Of a stretch of 64,000 nucleotides of DNA, positions 26,946-37,590 are shown one piece after another. The stretch's first letter is position 1. Each line of letters starts with the position of its first letter. Position numbers and translations under genes: made by a program. The DNA is from Alkalispirochaeta sp. (GTDB lineage: Bacteria > Spirochaetota > Spirochaetia > DSM-27196 > Alkalispirochaetaceae): positions 2,944,001 to 3,008,000 of the forward strand of contig OZ271854.1 in NCBI GenBank assembly GCA_965601925.1, read 5' to 3'. Under the pieces are notes generated by a model. It was not told where the DNA came from. It did not search any database and worked only from the letters and a program-made list of their open reading frames with translations.

Positions 26946-28687
26946 ACGATGCTCAGAAAGACGGCGGCCGTCCACGTGTAGGCGGGGTCGACCAAGGGTT
27001 CTCCCGTCTCGGGGTGAAAGTTTTCGGCAAAGCCGCTCGTCTCGACCAGCCGCAGAAACTTTTCTTCGATGCGATCCGCCGCGTCGGCATCGCCCAATGC
27101 GCGTAGCCCCATCACCGCGAGTAAGGTCGACGGAGCCCAGATCGGTCCGCGCCAATAGTTTTCCGCCTCGTAGTAAGGACTCTCGGGGGCCTCGGTGGCC
27201 AACCCCCATTCGGTCTCGCACGCCGCAAATCGTCGGAGCACCGCACCTTGCATCTCCCGGGGCAGCTCGTCACCGAGCAGCGCCGGTAACGCGGCGGAGA
27301 GGCTGCCGGAGTCGATCGTCTCGCCGGTGGGCACGTGGAGGGCGACGAAGCGGTCTCCCCGCCACAGCTCGCCGACCAGAGCGGCGCGGACACGGTCCGC
27401 AGCGGCGTCCCAGTACCGACTTTCCTCCTCGGCGAGCCCCAACCGTTTCGCCCATCGGCCGAGTACGCGGCACTGTATAACGAGGTACGCGTTAAGATCG
27501 GGTGGCACGATCGGAACCCCGGCGCGTAAAAGTGTGGAGTTGTCCCACCCCGAATCGTTGCCGTGGAGATAATGACAGAGATCGTGACCTCCAATGCGCC
27601 GGTGCGCAAGCCACCATTGCGTAAACGCCGCAATCGACGGATACGCCTCGCGTATGCGCTCCTCCGTCCAGAACTCCGGGACGGCATCCTCCAAGTAGTG
27701 GACGATCACCCCCTGAATCGGCGGTTTGCTGAAGTTGTAGTGTATGAATCCGTCGTCGACGGCATCGGGATATGCGCCGTACTCGTCCTGATGGTCGGCA
27801 ATAACGCGATACTGATCGAAGGCGAGCTCTGCGTGAGCGTGGGCGATGCCGGTCATGTTGATCCAGTTGTCCCAGCTCCACACCGCGTCCATCCAGTTGA
27901 GGGACATGAAAACAGCCTCGCGCCGCAGCAGCCCGCCGGGCGACTGGGTGCACATCCAGATGAGAGCGGTCGCCCGCTCGGCGGTGACGCGATGGCGCTC
28001 CTCGACGGAAGGGAACGCCGACAGATAATCCCGCCACTCGTCTTCCAACGATTGTCGCGCACTCTCGGCCGACCGACGAATCGGCGGAACCCACGTGCTC
28101 CAGAACTCATCGATTGCAACCTCGACGGTGTGGTCGGCAGAGGGATGTATCGCGATATCTGCTCGCGGCGTGACTTCACCGTCCCACGTAGCATCGAGGT
28201 CGATCGAGCCGGAGAGGACCTCGACACCGTAGCGTCGCAACCACGATCGGGCATTGACGACGACCCGACTTCGGTCCCGGCGATAGGCAACGGCGTGACT
28301 GGTGTTCTCGCGCCGGCTGCTGCTTACGAAGGCCGACTCCAACCGAAACGCGACCGTACCGACGATACGGAGTGTCGCGTTCCCCTCGAAGAAGAGAACG
28401 AGTGCGTTACGTCGACTCCCGATATCGATTGCGACCGAGCCGGGTGCGCCGCGATAGGCGATTTCCGCCTCGCTCTCCACCACGAGGCGGAACACGGTAC
28501 GGGAGACGATCGGGCGCGATCTGTTGGTCCTCAGATACAGACCCGGACCTCGTGGGGCTCGGTCGCCGTCATCGAGTACGGCGAGGTTCATCCATGAGCC
28601 TCGGCGGCTTATTGGTGTGCGCCGCGGATCGAGCCGCACCGGCGTATTCGTCCCGTCGACGGAACGGGGTTCATCCACGAGCGGCAC
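26912..28687 (-). CDS. MGH1/GH63-like (alpha/alpha)6 glycoside hydrolase
   Basis: WSWDNW, KPPIQG, HGNDSGWDNS, PDLNAYL, YWRGPIW, GFAENF, YTWTAAV. Confidence 0.88.
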   Translation of the reverse strand: MPLVDEPRSVDGTNTPVRLDPRRTPISRRGSWMNLAVLDDGDRAPRGPGLYLRTNRSRPIVSRTVFRLVVESEAEIAYRGAPGSVAIDIGSRRNALVLFFEGNATLRIVGTVAFRLESAFVSSSRRENTSHAVAYRRDRSRVVVNARSWLRRYGVEVLSGSIDLDATWDGEVTPRADIAIHPSADHTVEVAIDEFWSTWVPPIRRSAESARQSLEDEWRDYLSAFPSVEERHRVTAERATALIWMCTQSPGGLLRREAVFMSLNWMDAVWSWDNWINMTGIAHAHAELAFDQYRVIADHQDEYGAYPDAVDDGFIHYNFSKPPIQGVIVHYLEDAVPEFWTEERIREAYPSIAAFTQWWLAHRRIGGHDLCHYLHGNDSGWDNSTLLRAGVPIVPPDLNAYLVIQCRVLGRWAKRLGLAEEESRYWDAAADRVRAALVGELWRGDRFVALHVPTGETIDSGSLSAALPALLGDELPREMQGAVLRRFAACETEWGLATEAPESPYYEAENYWRGPIWAPSTLLAVMGLRALGDADAADRIEEKFLRLVETSGFAENFHPETGEPLVDPAYTWTAAVFLSIVYRRTRTGRAS

Positions 28688-28828
28688 CCTCCTGAGAATC
28701 TACGATTTCGATGCGATCCTCGCACGCCTCGCGAACGAGAATCCGCGGATAGGAACGTATCGACCACTCCCCGTAACCCACGCAGAACGCACAAACGACG
28801 CAGGTCTCCCGCGCGACGCGGCGGAACG

Positions 28829-29683
28829 TCACGACTCGCCTCCACGGCGCGGCGGTTTGGACGAGGGTGTCCGATGGGCGTCGTCCCGGCCGATCTCATC
28901 GAAGAATGCGAGGGTACGCCTGATCTCGCGTGAGTCTCCCGGCGGCATCGCGTGGGCACCGCCGGGTAGGCGCAGATACTCTGCGCGCACACCCGACTCG
29001 CGAAGGGCCCGGTACATCGTCTCGCTCTGGGACGGTGGAACGAGGCCGTCTTCATCGCCGTGGACGAACAGGTGCGGCACGCTATCCGGCCCGGCGTACA
29101 TAATCGGACTGAGCGCGCGCGCCGCTTCATCATCGCCGTCGGTCAGTTGACCAACGATGCGGCGCACCATTTCCCTCTCCCGTTCGTCGACGTCGGTGAG
29201 CCGTCCGTACGCGCCGATGTCCATAGGACCGCACCACGATGCGACCGCGCATATGGCGGGATCGTTCGAGCGCGGGTGCAGCGCCATGCGGTGGGCTGTA
29301 AGCGAGGCGAGGTGGCCGCCCGCCGATACGCCCCAGAGGTACCATCGTTCCGCCGGAACGCCCTCGAGCTCGGTGAGGTCCTGCGTCGCGGCGAGCGCAT
29401 CGCGGATGTCTTCCGCGAGCGTCGCTCCGGCGACCTCGGTCGCAAAGCGGTACTGTATCGCCGATAGTGCATAGCCGTGACGCAGAACGGTACGAAAACC
29501 GGGGGGACGATCGTTGGTGCCCGTCTCCCAGCCGCCGCCGTGGATGTATACGATGACGCCTCGGCGTTCGGTCTCCGGGATATACAGATCGAGTGTCAGA
29601 TCGCGCGTCGCCGAGCGCGTCGGGGCGGCACGATGCACGGGCCACTGTGCGACGAGGCGCGCTCGCCAGTATGTATCGTCCAT
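28829..29683 (-). CDS. Alpha/beta hydrolase (BD-FAE/HSL-type esterase)
   Basis: LDLY.P, IHGGGW, GVSAGGHLA, HGDED.LVP, GGAH. Confidence 0.9.
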   Translation of the reverse strand: MDDTYWRARLVAQWPVHRAAPTRSATRDLTLDLYIPETERRGVIVYIHGGGWETGTNDRPPGFRTVLRHGYALSAIQYRFATEVAGATLAEDIRDALAATQDLTELEGVPAERWYLWGVSAGGHLASLTAHRMALHPRSNDPAICAVASWCGPMDIGAYGRLTDVDEREREMVRRIVGQLTDGDDEAARALSPIMYAGPDSVPHLFVHGDEDGLVPPSQSETMYRALRESGVRAEYLRLPGGAHAMPPGDSREIRRTLAFFDEIGRDDAHRTPSSKPPRRGGES

Positions 29684-29692
29684 AAGCAATCC

Positions 29693-29810
29693 TGATATAT
29701 TTCAGAAGAGAGGGTATCACGTCGTCCGATACCGCGCTAAGTGCCTAAAGGGCCAAAAAATGAAAAATGTTTGACAGAATCGGCGTTTGGAGGTAGTCTG
29801 ATATATATCA
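29693..29810. promoter_or_regulatory. ABC operon promoter with two palindromic operators
   Basis: TTGACA (29771), N17, TAGTCT (29794). TGATATATATCA at 29799-810 and TGATATATTTCA at 29693-704. Confidence 0.7.
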
Positions 29811-29837
29811 ATTGAGATGAATGGTATGTCAAACTGA

Positions 29838-30809
29838 ATGAGTAGTAGCGCTGTAGATATCACATCGAACACCGATATAACCGGTCGTCGCAGGGGGCTC
29901 GGCGAGCAAATCTTCGCAAATATGCGAAATCGGTATCAACTATACATCCTCGCTCTGCCGGGGTTTCTCTTTCTGATTTTCTTTCGCGTCATACCGGGTG
30001 CGGGCTCGATCATCGCGTGGCAGGATTACAATATCTTCGCCGGATTTGCCGACAGCGAGTGGGTGGGCTGGCAGAACTTCCGCGATATGTTTCAATACAA
30101 CTTTTTCGGGCGCATCTTTCGCAATAGTCTCATTATCGGCTTTCAACGGGTACTTTTCTCCTTTCCCGTGCCGATCATCCTGGCGCTCCTGCTCAACGAG
30201 GTCCGCAATCGACGCTTCCGTCGGACGGCCCAAACGTTGGCCTACTTTCCCCACTTCTTGAGTTGGGTCATCGTAAGTCAGATCTTCTTAAACCTTCTCA
30301 ACCCCGACGGAGGCCTCGTCAACGTCATGCGCGAACGCCTGTTCGGCCTGGATGCGCGTTTTTTCATGATCGAACCGATCTTTTTCCGGCCCGTGGTCGT
30401 GATCTCCTACATCTGGAAGCAGGCGGGCTTCGATTCGATCATCTACCTCGCCGCTCTCACGGCGATCGATCCGCAGTTGTACGAGGCGGCCTCCATCGAC
30501 GGCGCCTCGCGGTGGAAGCAGTTGTGGCGTATCACGCTCCCCTCGCTTCTACCCACGATCGTTACGCTCTTTCTCATCAACATCGGGCGCTTTCTCGAGA
30601 TCGGATTCGACCAGATCTGGACGCTCTCCAACCCTCTCGTGTGGGAGGTCGCCGACATCTTCGATACGTACGTGTATCGTGTCGGACTATTGGAGGGGGC
30701 GTACAGTCTCACCACGGCGGTCAACTTGTTTAAGGCCGCGCTCAGTTTTGTGTTGCTCTTCGGCGCCAATGCGGTGGCCAAGCGAGTGACCGACACGAGC
30801 ATTTTTTGA
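29838..30809 (+). CDS. Carbohydrate ABC transporter permease (LplB-like)
   Basis: WVGWQNF, PHFLSWV, LYEAASIDGASRW (EAA motif). Confidence 0.95.
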   Translation: MSSSAVDITSNTDITGRRRGLGEQIFANMRNRYQLYILALPGFLFLIFFRVIPGAGSIIAWQDYNIFAGFADSEWVGWQNFRDMFQYNFFGRIFRNSLIIGFQRVLFSFPVPIILALLLNEVRNRRFRRTAQTLAYFPHFLSWVIVSQIFLNLLNPDGGLVNVMRERLFGLDARFFMIEPIFFRPVVVISYIWKQAGFDSIIYLAALTAIDPQLYEAASIDGASRWKQLWRITLPSLLPTIVTLFLINIGRFLEIGFDQIWTLSNPLVWEVADIFDTYVYRVGLLEGAYSLTTAVNLFKAALSFVLLFGANAVAKRVTDTSIF

Positions 30810-30816
30810 GGGTTGT

Positions 30817-31728
30817 ATGGCTCTTCGTTTCGGCACCGGACTGAGGGATGCGCAAAAGATGGGAGCGTCCATTCCGGGACAAATTACGATTATCGTCGCC
30901 TTGAGCCTCTTCTCGTTGACGATGCTCCTCCCCTTCGTGAACGAGATCGCGAAAAGCTTGAGCGATCCGGAGCTGGTTACACGAGGGCTGGTGGGCCTTT
31001 GGCCGCGCGGGCTCACCCTCGGTAACTACGCCTATTACTTGGATCCGGAGTTCAACGGACTATGGCGCGCCTTTTACAACTCGTTCTATATCACCTCGAT
31101 CGGGACGGTATGGAGCGTCTTCTTCACCGCCTGTATGGCCTACCCGCTCTCCAAAGCGCGCAGCGACTTTCGCGCCGGTCCCTTCTTGTCCGCTCTCTTA
31201 GTCTTTGCGATCGTCTTTTTTCCACCGATGATTCCCTATTTTCTCGCCGTGCGTAGTTACGGGCTCATGAATACGCGCTGGGTGATTATCCTCGCCCACA
31301 CGATCGGGCCGTTTTTTCTCATTATCGTGCGTACCTATTTTCGGAGCTTGCCCCGCGACCTGTTCGACGCCGCCGAGATCGACGGGGCCGGAGACTTTCG
31401 TCAGGCGTTTCAAATCGCCTTTCCCCTCGCCAAGCCCGCATTGGCCACCATCGGAATCTACACGGCGGTCCTGTTGTGGAACATTTATCTGCACTCGTTG
31501 CTCTTTATTCGCGATCCGAGTTTGATGCCGCTCCAGCCGGTCGTCCGCTCGTTGGTCGCCACCGCCGAGGACGTCGGTGCGGTGACGCTTGAGTACAACC
31601 CGTTTCGCAACTCCGAGTCGGCGAAGAGCGCGCTGGTCATCATCTCGACCGCGCCGATACTCTTCGTCTATCCACTTATGCAGAGACACTTCACCAAGGG
31701 AGCGTTGCTCGGCTCGGTGAAGAGTTAG
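30817..31728 (+). CDS. Carbohydrate ABC transporter permease (LplC-like)
   Basis: AYPLSK, DAAEIDGA, PLAKPALAT, YPLMQRHFTKG.LLGSVK. Confidence 0.95.
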   Translation: MALRFGTGLRDAQKMGASIPGQITIIVALSLFSLTMLLPFVNEIAKSLSDPELVTRGLVGLWPRGLTLGNYAYYLDPEFNGLWRAFYNSFYITSIGTVWSVFFTACMAYPLSKARSDFRAGPFLSALLVFAIVFFPPMIPYFLAVRSYGLMNTRWVIILAHTIGPFFLIIVRTYFRSLPRDLFDAAEIDGAGDFRQAFQIAFPLAKPALATIGIYTAVLLWNIYLHSLLFIRDPSLMPLQPVVRSLVATAEDVGAVTLEYNPFRNSESAKSALVIISTAPILFVYPLMQRHFTKGALLGSVKS

Positions 31729-31755
31729 ATCACACGTATGAAGGAGGGATCTTCT

Positions 31756-33318
31756 ATGGAACAGATACGACGAACCGTTATGACTCTCACCGCGGCGGTG
31801 CTGCTCGTCGCCGTTGCCGGCTTCGCCGTTGCCGGCGGAACGGAGGAGGCGACGGACGCCGGAGAGACCTATCGTTTCTCGTTCGCCACCGGCCCCTGGG
31901 ATGTCGGGCAGGGGCGGATCGACGTCAGCGAGCAGCCGGAACATCCGTGGTTTCAGTACGTCGAGAACCGTCTCGGTATTGCGCCTTTGACGCAGTCGTG
32001 GGAGTGGGAAGGCTCCGACGGATATATTCAAGGATTGCGCCTCGCCCTCGCCGGCGGTGAGGTGTTCGAGGCGATCATGCCGTGGTCGCAAACCTTTGCT
32101 CAGGAGTTGATCGACGCGGGACTGATCATACCGCTTGACGATTTGATACCGCAGTACGAACACATCAACGCCTACTATTCGCCGGAGATTTGGGACGCGA
32201 TTCGCGCGCAGCAGGGCGGGAGCATCTATTATATTCCGCAGCCGGCGCCGAGAATCACCGGCAGGGCCGGATTTATCCGTCGCGATTGGTTGGAACGCGT
32301 CGGACTCGACGTGCCCACGACGCGCGATGAGCTGTTGACGGTGTATCGCGCCTTTCGCGACCAGGACGCCAATGGAAACGGCGACCCGAACGACGAGATT
32401 CCCGTATCGGGGCGTCAGCTCTTTCGGTGGTTTGACGACCTCTTTCTGATGCACGGCGTGGTGATGTTCGAAGGGCACCCCCAGTGGAGTTGGAACGACG
32501 AGGAGGGATTCTTCGAGTCGCACCAGGTCTCCGACCAGATGCTTGCGGCGGTACAGTTCATCAATCTCCTGTACGAGGAGGGGCTGATGGATGTGGTGAT
32601 GCCGGCGCAACCCAACGCCGACTGGACGGCCAAGATCGCCGACGATCGCATCGGCCACTATTTCCATCTCATCAACGAGATCCACAGCAAGTCGGCCTTC
32701 GCCTTTGAGCCGGGAAACGATGCGACCGGATACGAGCATTGGGTGGTGATGCCCCATCCGCCGATCGTCGACGGAGTGGGACGCGTTCCGTATTACTTCC
32801 CCAACGTACAGTCGCCGCGCTTGATGATCACGCGTGACGCCCGCGATCCCGGAGCGATTATGGAGTGGCTTGATTTCTCGAGCTCCGAGGAGGGACTCAC
32901 CTTCGGAACCTTGGGCGTCCCGGACGTCGATTGGCGGCGTGACGGCGACGGTGAGATCGAGGTGATCAACCAAGTGCAACCCGTGCACTACAAGTATCTC
33001 CTGCTGATGGGCGAAATGCCCGATGAAATCGTCGCGCGTTCTCCCATGGGTGCTCTGAAGGTCGAGATGCTTGAGGCGGTAGCGCCGAACCTCGCACCGA
33101 CGGAAAACATGCTCATGCCCGCTACGGTATACGAGGGCTACGCCGATTTTGCTCCCAACAGCGCCACGATGTATCGCGAGACGATCGGCCGCATGATCAC
33201 CGGAGCGGTGGAGCCGACTTCGGAGAACTGGGAGATCTATCGCCGACAATGGTACGAGGCGGGCGGCCAAGTAGTGACCGATCGTGCAACCCAGTGGTAT
33301 CGTAGCTTTTATCAGTAG
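31756..33318 (+). CDS. Extracellular solute-binding protein (sugar ABC)
   Basis: Signal peptide ending AGGTEE, IRRDWLE, AFRDQDANGNG..DEIP. Confidence 0.93.
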   Translation: MEQIRRTVMTLTAAVLLVAVAGFAVAGGTEEATDAGETYRFSFATGPWDVGQGRIDVSEQPEHPWFQYVENRLGIAPLTQSWEWEGSDGYIQGLRLALAGGEVFEAIMPWSQTFAQELIDAGLIIPLDDLIPQYEHINAYYSPEIWDAIRAQQGGSIYYIPQPAPRITGRAGFIRRDWLERVGLDVPTTRDELLTVYRAFRDQDANGNGDPNDEIPVSGRQLFRWFDDLFLMHGVVMFEGHPQWSWNDEEGFFESHQVSDQMLAAVQFINLLYEEGLMDVVMPAQPNADWTAKIADDRIGHYFHLINEIHSKSAFAFEPGNDATGYEHWVVMPHPPIVDGVGRVPYYFPNVQSPRLMITRDARDPGAIMEWLDFSSSEEGLTFGTLGVPDVDWRRDGDGEIEVINQVQPVHYKYLLLMGEMPDEIVARSPMGALKVEMLEAVAPNLAPTENMLMPATVYEGYADFAPNSATMYRETIGRMITGAVEPTSENWEIYRRQWYEAGGQVVTDRATQWYRSFYQ

Positions 33319-33445
33319 ATAGCTCCCACCGCTGCGGGCGGTGAGGCGTGTCGAGTGCCGCTCTCGCGTACCTCGACCGCCTCAGCGCGAGCGCCTCGCC
33401 GTGCGCCCGCCCGCGGAATCGACATACGTCGGGAATCGAGAGGTC

Positions 33446-34561
33446 ATGGCCAAGAGTTCGTATCCTGAAACCGGTAGATACCTGTACGAGGAGATTCGCG
33501 ATCAGATACGCGCTCGGATCGAGCGGTCCCGATACCAAGTGGGTGAGCGCCTACCCGGCACAAGAGCCTTCGTAGAAGAGTTCTCCACGACGCCGGTTAC
33601 CATCAACCGCGCCCTGAGCGATCTGGTCGATTCCGGCTACATTCGCCGAGTTGCCAAGTCCGGGTCCTTCGTCAACCCTCGCGAGGAGTGGAGCGTGGGG
33701 GTACGGAAGAAGACCGGCTTGGTGGGGATCATCGCCTTCGACACGAACGTCTCGATCTACTGGACCAAGGTGGTTGAGGCGATGCAGGACGCCTTGGAGG
33801 CGCGCGGATTTCACGCCGTCATCGGCTATTCCGACCACCGCTTCGATAAGGCCGCCTCATACGTGGACGATCTCGCGGAGAAAGGAATCGACGGCCTCAT
33901 CTACGTACCGATCGATGAGGTGAGCCGCGAGGCGTACCAACGTCGCAACGAGGAGGTGTGCCGACGAATTGAGGCGCACGGCATCCCATTTCTGCTTTTC
34001 GACCGCCGCCTCACCAACCAGGGATTCTCGTCGGTAACCGCCGACTTCTACAAAGCGGCGCGCGAGCTCACCAACCGGCTGGCTCACGCGGGATCCAAAC
34101 GACCGCTCTTTTTGACACTCGATTACGCTCAGGCACTGTGGGAGCGGGAACAGGCGTTTCTCGATAACGGACCGCGCTACGGCATGGAGTGCGACGCCTC
34201 CAGATTGGTGCGTTTTCGCGGCACACGTCTGCGTCAGGAGGATACCGATCAGCTTGCTTCACTCCTCGATTCGGCTCCCAACTTCGACGGCTTGTTTATC
34301 GCCAACTCGAGCCTCTATGCTGCGTTTCTGCGCGTCGAGGAGCGGCGGGGAGGCCGGTGGGATGTTCCTATCGTGACCTTTCGCGACATCGAGACGCCGT
34401 ATCCCGACCGACCGGTGGCGCGAGCACTGCAGCCGGTGTATGATTTCGGTTTCGCTGCCGGCGATTTGCTCGCGCGGACGTTGGAGCACGATGTCCCGGG
34501 CGCCGGGTTCGGTGCGGCGATCCACGTTGTGCTTCCGATAGAAGTCGCCGGGGAGGGATAG
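33446..34561 (+). CDS. GntR-HTH plus LacI-type sensor domain regulator
   Basis: GERLP, TINRALSDL, GSFV, then a periplasmic-binding-fold domain (GIDGLIYVP). Confidence 0.9.
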   Translation: MAKSSYPETGRYLYEEIRDQIRARIERSRYQVGERLPGTRAFVEEFSTTPVTINRALSDLVDSGYIRRVAKSGSFVNPREEWSVGVRKKTGLVGIIAFDTNVSIYWTKVVEAMQDALEARGFHAVIGYSDHRFDKAASYVDDLAEKGIDGLIYVPIDEVSREAYQRRNEEVCRRIEAHGIPFLLFDRRLTNQGFSSVTADFYKAARELTNRLAHAGSKRPLFLTLDYAQALWEREQAFLDNGPRYGMECDASRLVRFRGTRLRQEDTDQLASLLDSAPNFDGLFIANSSLYAAFLRVEERRGGRWDVPIVTFRDIETPYPDRPVARALQPVYDFGFAAGDLLARTLEHDVPGAGFGAAIHVVLPIEVAGEG

Positions 34562-34575
34562 GGTGCACGATCCGT

Positions 34576-36123
34576 ATGAAAACGGTATTGGTATTCTTCG
34601 ATACCCTGAGGCGCGACGCGATATCGCCGTATAACGAACGCGTCAACACGCCCGCCTTCGATCGACTCGCTTCGATGGGATGCACGTTCGACAACCACTA
34701 CGCAGGCAGCATGCCGTGCATGCCCGCCCGGAGAGAGTTGCACACGGGACGCTACAACTTTCTGCACCGTTCCTGGGGCCCTCTGGAACCCTTCGACCGC
34801 TCCATGCCGCGCGCGCTACGCGACGGCGGCGTGCACAGTCACCTGGTAAGCGATCACTACCACTATTGGGAAGGCGGCGGCGCCACCTATCACACGCGAT
34901 ATTCCACCTGGGAGTGCGTGCGTGGTCAGGAGGGAGATCCGTGGATCGCCGATCCGGGATTCGACGATTTCCCCACGGCGATCGGCTGCACTCATCGTTC
35001 CATGACCGAGCAGGACGAGGTCAATCGGCGATGGATGGTAGCCAACGGGTACCATCCGCAACGGGAGACCTTTACCAAAGGACTCTCGTTTTTGACGCGT
35101 AACGCACGGGAGGACAACTGGTTTCTCCAGTTGGAGACGTTCGATCCCCACGAGCCGTTCTGGACCGACGAGGGGGGCACCGACGGTACTCTGCGCGACT
35201 ATGACGGACCGCGCTTCGACTGGCCGGCCTATGGTGCGGTTTCCGAATCGAGCGAACAGATCGCCCACGTGCGCGGGCGCTACCGCGAGTTGGTGGCGAT
35301 GTGCGACCGGCAGCTGGATCGCGTGCTCGACGCCTTCGATCGGTTCAATCTCTGGAAGGACACGGCGCTGATCGTTACCACCGACCACGGATTTCTGTTG
35401 GGAGAGCACCGTCAGTGGGGTAAGGTGGTGCAACCCCTCTTCTCCGAGGTCATTCGACTCCCGCTCCTGGTCTATCTACCGCCGGTCGCCGGCCGCCACG
35501 GAGATCTCCCGGCAACGACACCCGGCTCGCGGTGCGGCGAGCTGACCCAGACCGTCGATCTCGCGCCGACGGTCCTTGCCTATCACGGTCTCGATCGTTC
35601 GGCCGACCACTACGACGGGTTTCCGCTCCACGGCGCTTTGGAAAGGATGCACAGTCCGCTCGCCGATACGTCGCGGTGGGGATCGGCGCGACGGTACGCG
35701 CTCTACGGTATCTTCGGGGCGCACGTTTGCGTCACCGATGGGCGGTACACGTACTTTCGCTCGCCCCGGAACGCCGATAACGGTCCGCTCTACGAGCACA
35801 CTCTCATGCCGTGGAAGATGCGCGATCCCGTCCCGCCCGAGGACCTCGCCGAGGCCGAGTTAGTTCGTCCGGACCGATTTGCGCGGGGAATGCCCGTTCT
35901 GCGATATCCCGGCCGCCCCCATAGCCCCAAAATCGTTCCGTGGCTTCGGGACTTTCTCTTCGACGTGGATGAGGATCCGGGTCAGGACCGTAATATGTTG
36001 GAGGAGGGCACGCGGGAGGCCGACGCGCTTCGCGATCGGTGGAATCGAACGCTTGCCGAGTGCATGGCCGCCGCCGCGGCACCCACGAGTCAGTTTGAGC
36101 GTCTGGGGCTGGACCGACCGTAG
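34576..36123 (+). CDS. Cys-type sulfatase
   Basis: FDTLRRD, CMPARRELHTG (CxPxR), DPHEP, TTDHG.LGEH. Confidence 0.93.
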   Translation: MKTVLVFFDTLRRDAISPYNERVNTPAFDRLASMGCTFDNHYAGSMPCMPARRELHTGRYNFLHRSWGPLEPFDRSMPRALRDGGVHSHLVSDHYHYWEGGGATYHTRYSTWECVRGQEGDPWIADPGFDDFPTAIGCTHRSMTEQDEVNRRWMVANGYHPQRETFTKGLSFLTRNAREDNWFLQLETFDPHEPFWTDEGGTDGTLRDYDGPRFDWPAYGAVSESSEQIAHVRGRYRELVAMCDRQLDRVLDAFDRFNLWKDTALIVTTDHGFLLGEHRQWGKVVQPLFSEVIRLPLLVYLPPVAGRHGDLPATTPGSRCGELTQTVDLAPTVLAYHGLDRSADHYDGFPLHGALERMHSPLADTSRWGSARRYALYGIFGAHVCVTDGRYTYFRSPRNADNGPLYEHTLMPWKMRDPVPPEDLAEAELVRPDRFARGMPVLRYPGRPHSPKIVPWLRDFLFDVDEDPGQDRNMLEEGTREADALRDRWNRTLAECMAAAAAPTSQFERLGLDRP

Positions 36124-36150
36124 GGCGGAGGGGGCCGATCGTGCGCGCCC

Positions 36151-37494
36151 TTATCCCATCGAACGTGTTTGCGATCTCTCGTATCGGCGTCCCGCTCGGA
36201 GCACGACCAACTGGCTCGCCGCGGCGGTCGTGAGGATGATCGCCGCTACACGCGCGCCGTCCAGATCCGTGGTTATCGGTATTACGATACCGAGGACGAC
36301 CTGAACAATACCGTTGGCGACGGTAGCCGCGACGATGCGTTGCGTCCGCCGGCGCGCCACCAAGACGCCCGCCTCGACGGCGATGAGCGCGACGATGATC
36401 GACATAGGCGTGAGGATGGGCGTCGCCGCCTCCACGTATGAGCGCAGCTGTGCCGGTACACCCAGGGGAAACTCGTACCACCATGAGGTCGCGCCGGTTA
36501 CCATCGCAAGGGCGAACAACGCCGTGAGCGCCGCGCCTACCGTAAGGCCGAATCGCCGCACGCGACGCTCTCCGTACGGTCCCTCGATGTCGACTCGCGC
36601 CACAACGACCTCTTGGTAGGAGTGCGCGATCGCGGTAAACATGAACAGATAGCTCTGGATCAGCGGCCATGAGGCCAACGAGCGTACCGGATCGCGCGAT
36701 CGCGCAATCGCGAAGGCGAGAAGCGGCCTGCCGGCCATCAAGATCATCGCGGTAAGCGCCAGGGGCAGGTAGAAGCGAAACAGTCTCGGCACATCCCACC
36801 GTTCTTCCTCGACTTCGGGAAGAACGGGGAAAAGGTGGCGACGCACCGCCCTGCGCGCCGCGATCGCTCCGGATACGACACCCCCGGTGAGTGCCAGTCC
36901 GGCGACGAGGTGGCCCGGGAGGAGCCGTGAGGCCCGCGTACGAAATGCAAGGAATGCGCCCGCCAGAACGAGTGCCGTCGTCGCAAGGCGTATCACCATG
37001 ATGGAGCTCACCAAGTGGGTCTTTCCGGCTCGTATTAACGCCCCTTGATACATTCGTCTAAACCCCACCGCCGCTGTGAACGGCAGAAACAAGATAAAAC
37101 ACTGATTGGCGATCGGGACGATCTGCGGCGGCACGTTGAGAAGCCCGCCGACCACGACACGAAACACCGGCGGCATGGCGACCAGTGCGTGGACGGCGCT
37201 CAGCGCGAGCGTCACGCGGGTGAGCATACGGGACAGGAGCAAAAACGATTGCCGTCCGCGGACGACCGCCGTTGCCGCCGAAAGCATGTGGACGATCGGA
37301 CTGTGGATGAGGATTGCCAGACCGAACGCGACCTCGAAGGCGGCGAGGCTTCGTGTCGCCTGCGGGAGGCGACTGACGACGGCGTTGATCGCCGGCTGCT
37401 CAATACCCATGACGAGCCACATAAACGCCAGAGGAAGCCAAAAGGCCGACAAGGCCCGGGGAGTGACGCGCGACTCGGCGGGAATCGATGACAT
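36151..37494 (-). CDS. MATE/ANKH-like multi-TM transporter
   Basis: About 12 TM in two repeats (FWLPLA / FYLPLA), RRMYQG. Confidence 0.75.
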   Translation of the reverse strand: MSSIPAESRVTPRALSAFWLPLAFMWLVMGIEQPAINAVVSRLPQATRSLAAFEVAFGLAILIHSPIVHMLSAATAVVRGRQSFLLLSRMLTRVTLALSAVHALVAMPPVFRVVVGGLLNVPPQIVPIANQCFILFLPFTAAVGFRRMYQGALIRAGKTHLVSSIMVIRLATTALVLAGAFLAFRTRASRLLPGHLVAGLALTGGVVSGAIAARRAVRRHLFPVLPEVEEERWDVPRLFRFYLPLALTAMILMAGRPLLAFAIARSRDPVRSLASWPLIQSYLFMFTAIAHSYQEVVVARVDIEGPYGERRVRRFGLTVGAALTALFALAMVTGATSWWYEFPLGVPAQLRSYVEAATPILTPMSIIVALIAVEAGVLVARRRTQRIVAATVANGIVQVVLGIVIPITTDLDGARVAAIILTTAAASQLVVLRAGRRYERSQTRSMG

Positions 37495-37590
37495 GGTTGC
37501 AAAGTGTATGAGAACTGACCGACAAGAACAATACAGATAGTCACTAAAACGTTGACACACCTGCCCATCTTGCGGACACTTCTATGCGAT

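Noticed and set aside
31198..33270. 690-aa minus-strand ORF (likewise 4739..5740, 49597..50820, 55573..56892, 60977..63997)
   Set aside because: Antisense shadows of well-supported genes, expected in high-GC DNA. No motifs.
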